From Promethearchaeota archaeon (lineage in GTDB: Archaea; Asgardarchaeota; Lokiarchaeia; Sigyniarchaeales; SOKP01), in contig JAEOUA010000011.1 in NCBI GenBank assembly GCA_016839555.1, positions 192,001 to 256,000 of the forward strand: DNA of 64,000 nucleotides. Reading direction: 5' to 3'. How positions within the stretch are numbered: the stretch's first letter is position 1; every line of letters begins with the position of its first letter. Shown here piece after piece: positions 10,052 through 18,300 of the stretch. The notes beneath the pieces were generated by a model. The model worked only from the letters and a program-made list of their open reading frames with translations, was not told the origin of the DNA and ran no database searches. The position numbers and the translations under genes were made by a program.

Positions 10052-11254
10052 TTATTTATCTTGATATTTATCCCATTTCTTATTTAATTCAGGATTTTTC
10101 AATGTTTCCATGACATAATTAGCAAATTCTTCCCCAGTTTTTCCCGTATCCCTCCCTGTAAGAATAATTTTCTTTTCGTAAAGCCCACATATATCTAAAG
10201 CTTTTTCTAATCGTTTTGCTTTCTCATTATATCCAATATGATCTAACATCATAACTACAGCTCTTAATAGACTTGAGGGATCGGCATATTTAGCTCTTTC
10301 TTCTTTAACCATCCTTGGAGCTGACCCATGAATGGCTTCAAACATCGCATATCTTTTTCCAACGTTAGCACTTCCTGCGGTTCCCACTCCTCCTTGCATC
10401 TGAGCAGCCTCATCAGTGATTATATCACCATATAGGTTAGGGGCCACGATTACTCTAAATTGTGATTGCCGAGAAGGATCAATTAATTTTGCAGTCATTA
10501 TATCTATATACCAATCATCCCATTCTATATCGGGATATTTTTTTGATATTTTTTCTGCCATGGACAGGAATTTACCATCTGTTAATTTTACTACATTAGC
10601 TTTCGTTACTATGGTTACTTTTTTAATATTATTTTTTTTTGCATACTCAAAAGCCAGTTTTATAATTCTTTCTGCACCTTGAGTTGTAATCACTTTAAAA
10701 TCTATAGCTAAATCATCGGTTATTTCGATCCCATTTGAACCAAGGATATAAGCTCCTTCAGTATTTTCTCTAAAAAATATCCAATCTATATCTTTTCCAG
10801 GTAATTTAACAGGACGAATATTTGCGAAAAGATCTAATTCACGTCGCATAGCTACATTGGCACTTTCTATATTCGGCCATTTATCTCCTTTTCTTGGTGT
10901 AGTTGTTGGACCTTTTAATAAGACATGACAGGATTTAATTTCTTTTAAAATATTATCAGGAATAGCTTTCATTACTTTGGCCCTATTTTCAATCGTTAAT
11001 CCTTTAATCTCACGCAGTTTTATTTTTCCATCATTTATTTCATCTTTTAATATGAATTTAAGTACAGATTTCGCATGTTTTGAAATTTCTGGACCTATTC
11101 CATCTCCACCAATTATTCCTATAATTATGGGTTTCAATTTGGAATAGTCTATCCAATCTCCTTCATCTTTTAATCTTTTAACTCGATCTAATTGTTCTCT
11201 TATTAGGGCTTCAAAATGATCTTTTGCGTGTTTAATTTCTTTTTCAAATCGCAT
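10052..11254 (-). CDS. Isocitrate/isopropylmalate dehydrogenase family protein
   Basis: GDGIGPEI, LKGPTTTP, RENTEG, KANV, NLYGDIITD, FEAIHGSAP. Confidence 0.93.
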   Translation of the reverse strand: MRFEKEIKHAKDHFEALIREQLDRVKRLKDEGDWIDYSKLKPIIIGIIGGDGIGPEISKHAKSVLKFILKDEINDGKIKLREIKGLTIENRAKVMKAIPDNILKEIKSCHVLLKGPTTTPRKGDKWPNIESANVAMRRELDLFANIRPVKLPGKDIDWIFFRENTEGAYILGSNGIEITDDLAIDFKVITTQGAERIIKLAFEYAKKNNIKKVTIVTKANVVKLTDGKFLSMAEKISKKYPDIEWDDWYIDIMTAKLIDPSRQSQFRVIVAPNLYGDIITDEAAQMQGGVGTAGSANVGKRYAMFEAIHGSAPRMVKEERAKYADPSSLLRAVVMMLDHIGYNEKAKRLEKALDICGLYEKKIILTGRDTGKTGEEFANYVMETLKNPELNKKWDKYQDK

Positions 11255-11313
11255 ACTTATTTCAATTAATTACAAAATTAATAATTGTTTATATAAAAAA
11301 TGAAAGAGAATTG

Positions 11314-12168
11314 TTAATCCATTTTGTATCCGCATTTTGGACATTTGAAGTCAAGTGGTAAATTAATTTTAGCTTTGTTTCCACACGATGGACAATACCA
11401 GAATGCTTGTTCTCTACTTTTAATTAAATAAGAAGATTTTTGACCAATTAATAAGTCCAGTGATTTTCTCTTAAAATAGGATTTAGGTTTACCACATATA
11501 ATACATTTCCAATTATTAGGTAATTCTTCCATTATAACTTGATCCCCACATTCCATACATTCCCAAATTATTTGTTCGTCTTGAACAAAACTTAAATATT
11601 TTTTTTGAAAATAGGATTTAAGTTGTCCACATGAAGGACACAGCCAATCTTCAGGTAAATTTTCTATTGAAATCTGAAAGCCACAACCCTGACATTCCCA
11701 AAGTGGTATACTTTCTTTCTTTAGTAAGGATTTATTATCAAATGCATTATCCAAGATTTGCAATATTTCATAAGCTTTTCTTTCTCTCTCAGCAATAAAA
11801 ATTAATCGAGATGAAATTTCATTTAAAGCTTCTTTATGTGCAATCTCAGCAAAATTTGGGTAAATCTCACGCCAAGCTTTAAGTTGCTCTCTGAGAGCAA
11901 CAGTAAGATTATCATATGTTTTTTCAATAGAAGGAATATCTCCAAATAGAGAAGAGGGTATTTTTAAGGAATTCTTATTTTCAATTTTTTTTAATAATAA
12001 ATAACTCCATTTTGCAAGTTCTTTTTTTAGGTCTGCTAAATTTAAAAAGAAGTTCGCAATTATTAGGAATCCATCTTCTTTTGCTTGATTAGAAAATAGT
12101 TCAAAAAGACATCTCATATGAGACTGATATAGATACGAAAACATTAAATTTTTAATTGTCCTTTCCAT
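11314..12168 (-). CDS. Rubrerythrin-like protein with a degenerate di-iron domain and three rubredoxin-like domains
   Basis: Ferritin-like helices (FSNQAKEDGF, IYPNFAEIAHKE) followed by WECQGCG...CPSCG, WECMECG...CIICG, WYCPSCG...CPKCG. Confidence 0.8.
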   Translation of the reverse strand: MERTIKNLMFSYLYQSHMRCLFELFSNQAKEDGFLIIANFFLNLADLKKELAKWSYLLLKKIENKNSLKIPSSLFGDIPSIEKTYDNLTVALREQLKAWREIYPNFAEIAHKEALNEISSRLIFIAERERKAYEILQILDNAFDNKSLLKKESIPLWECQGCGFQISIENLPEDWLCPSCGQLKSYFQKKYLSFVQDEQIIWECMECGDQVIMEELPNNWKCIICGKPKSYFKRKSLDLLIGQKSSYLIKSREQAFWYCPSCGNKAKINLPLDFKCPKCGYKMD

Positions 12169-12235
12169 CGCAGATTTTACTTAGATTTTTTAACCTCATT
12201 AAAATAATAGATATGATAAAAATAGAATGCAAAGT

Positions 12236-13000
12236 TTATTTATCAAATTTCTTTAAAAAATTACTAATCTCTGAAGGCATAAAGATAATTATCTTTTGAG
12301 AAGGCTCTTGGGAAATGTCTTGTATCGTTTGTAAAGTGCGCAAACTTAGAGCTCCTGGAGTTTGGGATAATATTTTTGCCGCTTCAGCAATATTCTTAGA
12401 AGCTTCATATTCTCCTTCTGAGGCAATAATTGCTGCTCTCTTTTCACGCTCTTTTTCTGCTTGAACAGCCATAGCACGCTTCATATTTTCGGGTAATTCT
12501 ATTTGTTGGATTTTTATTTGTGTAATTTGTATTCCCCAATCTCTTGTTTCTTCATCAACAACCTTTCGAATCTCCCTTGAAATCTTTTCTCTTTGCGTTA
12601 AAACTTCATCTAATTCCATATTTCCAATTACATCCCGTAAAGCCCCTTGTGTATAATTGAGCACCGCTCTCATAAAATTTTCAATCTTTGTTGTTGCATA
12701 TTCAGGATTAATCACTCGATAAAACACAGACGTATCTATTGTGATTGGGATATTATCTTTAGAAATGATTTCTTGCCGAGCAATGTCCAATGTTTTGATC
12801 CTTAAATCAATCTTAATTCCTTTTTCGATTACTGGTAATAAAAAGATTATCCCTGGTCCTACCGTTCTTTTATATCTTCCAAAGCGAAAAATAACCAATC
12901 TTCGGTATTCGGTTACAGTTTTTAAACTTACTCCCATTATAATGAGTATAATGACGGAAATAGTAACAACAAGTCCGATGATTAATAATAAATTTACCAT
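12236..13000 (-). CDS. Stomatin/SPFH (band 7) protein
   Basis: N-terminal TM, FRFGR, GPGI, ISKDN, WGIQI, RAMAVQAE, LRTLQT. Confidence 0.93.
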   Translation of the reverse strand: MVNLLLIIGLVVTISVIILIIMGVSLKTVTEYRRLVIFRFGRYKRTVGPGIIFLLPVIEKGIKIDLRIKTLDIARQEIISKDNIPITIDTSVFYRVINPEYATTKIENFMRAVLNYTQGALRDVIGNMELDEVLTQREKISREIRKVVDEETRDWGIQITQIKIQQIELPENMKRAMAVQAEKEREKRAAIIASEGEYEASKNIAEAAKILSQTPGALSLRTLQTIQDISQEPSQKIIIFMPSEISNFLKKFDK

Positions 13001-13168
13001 TGTTTTAACCTCTTATTTACTTAATGAAGCTCGCTATTTAAAAATTATAATATGATTATTATTTTTCTATAAAAACTTATATTATTTTATCAATAGACAT
13101 CAAAAAGAGTTAAAGGATTAAAGAGAGGATTACTTTTTAATTTATATTTTAGAAAAAAAAAATTTTCT

Positions 13169-13882
13169 TCACAAAAAACTTTTAACTTTATTAATATCAT
13201 TTGTTATGAGGCCGTCAACTCCCCATGCTATCAATTTCTTAATCGCAATTATGGAATCAACAGTCCAAGGATGAACTCGTAAGTTATTTTCATGAGCAAA
13301 TGTGATTAACTTTTCATTAATTAATCTATAAAGCGGATGAATGGCATAACATTCTAAATTTTTTGCATTTTCGACCGCTTGTTTTTGATAACCCCATTCC
13401 TTCGACCAATTAGTTCCCGTAGGTTCTAATGATGCTATTCGCACACTTGGTTCAATTTTATGTACTTCTATTAATTCCTTATGGTTAAAGGAACTAATAA
13501 TAGTATCTTCTATAAAAGAAGAGTTTCTGAAGATATCTACGAGCGCAGATGCCATTCCTTCTGCTTTAATTTCGCACTGCAATCCGATTTTTCCCTTTGC
13601 AAGATCTATTAATTCTTGTAAGGTTGGAATTTGCTCACCCTCTTCGCACTGAAGCCTTTTTATTTCTTTTAGAGTCATATCTTTAATTAGTCCCTTATGA
13701 CCAGTAGTCCTAAAGGTATTTTCATCATGAATAATTACGATTTCTTTATCTTTTGTGAAATGCACATCAAATTCTACATAATCCGCTCCCAATTCTATAG
13801 CCCTTTCAAAAGCTTTTAAAGTATTTTCTGGAGCTTCTTTACTGGCTCCTCTATGAGCAATCAATAAAAAGTCTTTTTTCAT
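13169..13882 (-). CDS. Glycerophosphodiester phosphodiesterase
   Basis: IAHRGAS, PENT, EFDV, IHD, EIK, WTVD, GVDGLITN. Confidence 0.93.
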   Translation of the reverse strand: MKKDFLLIAHRGASKEAPENTLKAFERAIELGADYVEFDVHFTKDKEIVIIHDENTFRTTGHKGLIKDMTLKEIKRLQCEEGEQIPTLQELIDLAKGKIGLQCEIKAEGMASALVDIFRNSSFIEDTIISSFNHKELIEVHKIEPSVRIASLEPTGTNWSKEWGYQKQAVENAKNLECYAIHPLYRLINEKLITFAHENNLRVHPWTVDSIIAIKKLIAWGVDGLITNDINKVKSFL

Positions 13883-14158
13883 ATTTAACCACTTATTATA
13901 GTCTTCTACCTATACTATTTTGTTTATTTTTAGGTAAGTTATGTTATTATATAATTAAAAAAATTTATAATATATAATAAATATTGTAAATAAATTTATA
14001 TTTTTAAAACCAAACATCTATATACTTTCCCGATTGTTAATAAATTGTTTTGAAATGTTTTGAATAAGTTTAAATATAGGAATTTATTTTAAATGTAAGT
14101 TAAGGTTAATTTTTTTAATAAAAGCGTGCAAAAAAAAATAATAAGGTGACCTACATAG

Positions 14159-14413
14159 ATGAGATTCTGCCCAAATTGCGATAATATCTTAATTCCAAAA
14201 GATGGGAAGCTTTATTGTCAAGCCTGCGAAGAATATTTCGAGCTTGGAAAGAATGATAAGGATTATACCATTAGCAAAAAAATCCATCACGATGATCGTG
14301 AGAAGAGTTCCCGGGTTTTAAAGAAGAGTTCTAGAGTTAAATCAACGATTTCGATTGAAGATCGGAAAGCTTATGAAGAATTTTTTACGAACTCGGAGGA
14401 AGGATCTTATTAA
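14159..14413 (+). CDS. TFS/RpoM (Rpb9/A12/C11-like) N-terminal zinc-ribbon protein lacking the C-terminal ribbon
   Basis: MRFCPNCDNILIP...LYCQAC; no second CxxC or ADE motif; AAGGTGA SD-like site upstream. Confidence 0.7.
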   Translation: MRFCPNCDNILIPKDGKLYCQACEEYFELGKNDKDYTISKKIHHDDREKSSRVLKKSSRVKSTISIEDRKAYEEFFTNSEEGSY

Positions 14414-14609
14414 TTTTCTTAACTTGTTTTAGAAATAGATATATTCTTATTCTTACTCGAAATATATCACTTCAAATTTATTTTTGTTTGATTTATTTAT
14501 ATTTAATTTAAATTAAAATATCTTCAAAATTTAAAAACTTAAAATATTTTCAAAATTTAAATTATATATCAAAAAATATCAAAAAAAATAAGATATTAGG
14601 AAAATAAAA

Positions 14610-15008
14610 ATGTCAGAAAAAAAAGAAAAAGGGAAGAAACTTAAAGGATTAGCAAAAATTCTAGATGATAATTTATCTCCTTTAAATCAGAATAAAAAAT
14701 TTAAAGAAGAATATAAAGATGCCGATATAAAGATTCTTATAAATGCTGTTGACGGGCGATGGGCTGCATTAATAAAAATTATTAAGGGTATAATTGAAGT
14801 GGAAGGTGTTAGAAACAACAAGGAGGAAATTACAAAAGAGAAGTTAGGATGGGACGGAAAATTAGAGACAACCACTGAAATTTTATTGAATATTGCGATG
14901 GGTAAAATATCTACACTATCATTCATGGGAAAACTCATAACGCGAAAAATTAAAATCAAAAATATGAAAAAAGTGATGGTATTAACTAACTTATTCGCTT
15001 TGCTTTAA
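14610..15008 (+). CDS. SCP2 sterol-carrier-like protein
   Basis: Basic 132 aa; C-terminal D-G-K-L-E-T...IAMGK...LITRKIKIK resembles SCP2. Confidence 0.6.
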   Translation: MSEKKEKGKKLKGLAKILDDNLSPLNQNKKFKEEYKDADIKILINAVDGRWAALIKIIKGIIEVEGVRNNKEEITKEKLGWDGKLETTTEILLNIAMGKISTLSFMGKLITRKIKIKNMKKVMVLTNLFALL

Positions 15009-15236
15009 TCTATAATTTTTTATTATTATAAAAGATTAATCTAAAGTATCAAATATTTTAAAAATTTTATTTTCTCTATAGATTATTTTCATTTGAATAA
15101 GATTCAGATATATCAATAGAAAATTATTAAATTAAGTTATAAGGAAATAAATTCTTATTATTTAGGTTTAATTAAGAAATTTTCACGTTTTATTTATCTC
15201 TATCTTAATTTGAAAGAAAATCATGCTAAATATAAT

Positions 15237-15674
15237 TTATAGATTTAGTTTAAATGTGTGTGTAAGAGATTCCAATTTCTCTGATAGATTATTGATATCG
15301 GCCCGAGTTAAATCATTTAATAAAACTGTTTTATCAGATTCAGAGATATCTGAAAATTTATTGAGAAATTTTCGTAAAAAGAATACTTTTTTGACAGGAG
15401 TATTTCTAATATCTAAAATTGTTTTATTAATAAGAAGTTGAGGTATAGAATATTGTTTTTCAGCTTTATCCTTATATAAGTCTTTCTGTAAGATACCCTC
15501 ATTTTTAAATATTATATTTTTTAAGAGAAGATCTTCATGAATTTTTTTAATTAATTCTTCTCTGGAAAGAATGGACATTTCTGAAATTAATTTTTCCAAT
15601 TCAAGGATATTATTATTTAGGTTATCAATTTTCGAGAGAAATTCTTTCCATATTTCATTATTAGTTTTATCCAA
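15237..15674 (-). CDS. Hypothetical helical protein
   Basis: 145-aa ORF with TTG start and native-like composition; no motif recognised. Confidence 0.6.
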   Translation of the reverse strand: MDKTNNEIWKEFLSKIDNLNNNILELEKLISEMSILSREELIKKIHEDLLLKNIIFKNEGILQKDLYKDKAEKQYSIPQLLINKTILDIRNTPVKKVFFLRKFLNKFSDISESDKTVLLNDLTRADINNLSEKLESLTHTFKLNL

Positions 15675-15757
15675 AGATCACACCATTACTATCATTCACT
15701 AAATAATAATCTGTTCTAAATTTTTAAATTTATTCAACAATTAATATTAACGTTGAG

Positions 15758-16489
15758 ATGATTGATAAAAATAATCTTGAGCAACTACAAATCTTTCTCA
15801 ATTATCATTTTCGAGACAAAAACTTATTATCTCAGGCCTTAACTACTCCACAATTAGCTCATCAAAAAGGATTAAAGGATTATGAAATTTTAGAAACCAT
15901 TGGCGATGCTGTGATAAAATTAATCTTTTTATTAAAAAAGTATAAATCTGGAGTTCGAAAGCCAGGAAAAATAACTAAAATTAAACAACAATTAGAAAAT
16001 GATGATACATTAAAAAAAATAGCTCAAAAATATTTTCATTTAGATAAATTTATACTCAAAGCTGACGCTCAAGAAATAAAGGGTACCAAAATATTAGCAG
16101 ATATATTAGAAGCATTATGCGGGGCAATGTATCTGGACTCTAACGAAAATATAAAAATTGTTGAAGAAAAAGTCATTAATAAGTTTTATGATCAGTGGGA
16201 TGACCTTGTTGAGGGATCCGCCATTTTAAATAAGAATAAATTGTTGGAGTTTTTGCAGTCAAAATTAAGATTTACTCCTACTATAAAAACAGAGTTTAAA
16301 TCATTTGGTCCTGATAATCAACCATTTTGGATTGCTAAAAATCCAAAAATTTATGATAATAATAATAGAAAATTAAAAAATATTACAAAATTTGTAAAAG
16401 ATTTAAGTTCTGAGAAAGCAAAAACAAAAAGAGAAGCGGAACAAATTTTATTTTTGAAAATACTTAAGATTTTAAAGCAAAAAATTTAA
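15758..16489 (+). CDS. rnc: Ribonuclease III with C-terminal dsRBD
   Basis: LNYHFRD..LL.QALT, EILETIGDAVI, ADILEALCGAMYLD; dsRBD-like KNKLLEFLQ...GPDNQP...TKREAEQ. Confidence 0.85.
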   Translation: MIDKNNLEQLQIFLNYHFRDKNLLSQALTTPQLAHQKGLKDYEILETIGDAVIKLIFLLKKYKSGVRKPGKITKIKQQLENDDTLKKIAQKYFHLDKFILKADAQEIKGTKILADILEALCGAMYLDSNENIKIVEEKVINKFYDQWDDLVEGSAILNKNKLLEFLQSKLRFTPTIKTEFKSFGPDNQPFWIAKNPKIYDNNNRKLKNITKFVKDLSSEKAKTKREAEQILFLKILKILKQKI

Positions 16490-16514
16490 TTTGAGAAATT
16501 TCTATTAGAGCATA

Positions 16515-16871
16515 ATGAGAGAAAAAGAAAATTATATAGTAATGCAATATAGGTGTAATTTTTGTAATGCTATGCATGATGTAAGAATTAAAAAAAAACT
16601 TTTGGAGTCTCAAAGTAAATATCCTTTCCCCTATGTATTTTTACATAATTCTATAAAGAAAGGAGAAGCGAAGGAATTATTAACCATTTTATATATCGAC
16701 CGTGATGGACGAGTTCGCGGCCAAGAAATACAAGAGTTTGGAAATGATAATCTTTTTTCAAGGGAACAAGTAATGGCAATGATAGAACCATTAATGAAGG
16801 AAATTCGGTTTCTTCGTCAAGACAATCTCAAATTAAAAAAAAAGATTGAAGAATTAAAAAATAATCATTAA
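16515..16871 (+). CDS. Hypothetical protein with CxxC/His motif and C-terminal coiled coil
   Basis: CNFC...H...YPFPYVFLH...LYIDRDGRVRG, followed by a heptad-repeat tail. Confidence 0.7.
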   Translation: MREKENYIVMQYRCNFCNAMHDVRIKKKLLESQSKYPFPYVFLHNSIKKGEAKELLTILYIDRDGRVRGQEIQEFGNDNLFSREQVMAMIEPLMKEIRFLRQDNLKLKKKIEELKNNH

Positions 16872-17089
16872 TATTACCAATTATTTTTAATTGAAATAGA
16901 CTAGCAAATAATATTATTAATTAATTATAATATATTTATTAGATAAAACTTAATATTTTATAGTCCTATAGCTATTACAATTATAAATACTAAAACAATA
17001 AAAAATAAAGATAGGATTTTTTTTTTAAGCTTTTTTTATTTAAGTAAAAATTAAATAAATATATACAAGAAGAAAAGGATAAGTAAGAT

Positions 17090-18250
17090 ATGCGAGAAAC
17101 AGAGCTAATGAGAGAATACGAAGAAGAAACTGGTAATTTGGCAGTAATAGATGGTGAAATAACGACTAAATATGAAAATTGGAAGAATATGAAAATAAAA
17201 GAGAAGATTAAAGAAAAAAGAAAACAAGAGTTACTAAGTTCTAAACAAACACGTAAAAAAATAAAAGAGGAATTTGATCAAGGCAAAAAAGTTGATAAAG
17301 ACTATGATCATCTTATAGTGGTTGAGAATATTCATAAAACTTATCTTCTTGGCACAACTGCTATCGCGGCTCTCCGAGGAATAAATTTAACGATCGATAA
17401 GGGAGAGTTTACGCTAATAATGGGACCTAGTGGGAGCGGAAAAACAACTCTCCTAAATTTAATTGGAGGCTTAGACACGCCAACCAGGGGTAAAATCTTC
17501 CTAGAGGGCAAAAATATTGCAACATTGAAGGATTCAGAGCTTGCAGACATCCGGAGAGACAAAATTGGCTTTGTCTTTCAATTTTATAATTTATTACCAC
17601 AAATGACAGCTTTAGAAAATGTAATGGTACCCCTTCATTTTAGTGGGAAGCTCTCAAAAAGAGGTAAAGAGAAGCGTGCAATGGACCTCCTTTCTATAGT
17701 CGGGCTAGAAGAAAGAGCGCATCATACACCGAGCGAATTAAGCGGTGGTGAGCAGCAGCGTGTTGCGGTAGCCAGAGCATTTGCAAATGATCCAGCTATT
17801 TGTGTTTTAGACGAACCAACAGGAGATTTAGATTCCAAAACAGGTATTCAAATCTTAAATCTTTTGAGGGATCTCAATAAACGAGGGGCTACTTTTATTG
17901 CAGTAAGCCACGATGCTGCGGTTTCTGAATTTGCTACTAGGACCTTACATATGAGAGATGGAAAACTTATACGTGAGGGGAAGATCGTAGGATTAAAAGA
18001 AACATACATAATGGAGATTCAAAGGAAAAATGAAGCAGAAATTAATAAAGAAAAATGCAAGAGAAAGATATATCAGTATTTATTTAACAATCAAGGGAAA
18101 AAAGAGTTCAAGATCACAGATATAGCAAATAGTATCCCAGAGCCGATATTAAAAAATTTGCCGATTCATTTTGATGACATATTAAGAGAAATAATTGAAG
18201 ATGATACGATTAAAGGACAAATTAAAGAGGATATCTTGATTTTAAAATAA
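17090..18250 (+). CDS. ABC ATPase, LolD/MacB/FtsE type, with N- and C-terminal extensions
   Basis: [45 protein letters not shown]. Confidence 0.95.
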   Translation: MRETELMREYEEETGNLAVIDGEITTKYENWKNMKIKEKIKEKRKQELLSSKQTRKKIKEEFDQGKKVDKDYDHLIVVENIHKTYLLGTTAIAALRGINLTIDKGEFTLIMGPSGSGKTTLLNLIGGLDTPTRGKIFLEGKNIATLKDSELADIRRDKIGFVFQFYNLLPQMTALENVMVPLHFSGKLSKRGKEKRAMDLLSIVGLEERAHHTPSELSGGEQQRVAVARAFANDPAICVLDEPTGDLDSKTGIQILNLLRDLNKRGATFIAVSHDAAVSEFATRTLHMRDGKLIREGKIVGLKETYIMEIQRKNEAEINKEKCKRKIYQYLFNNQGKKEFKITDIANSIPEPILKNLPIHFDDILREIIEDDTIKGQIKEDILILK

Positions 18251-18300
18251 AATTTTAATTAAAATCTCCTAAAAAATCGAAATAAGTATCAAAAAACGAT

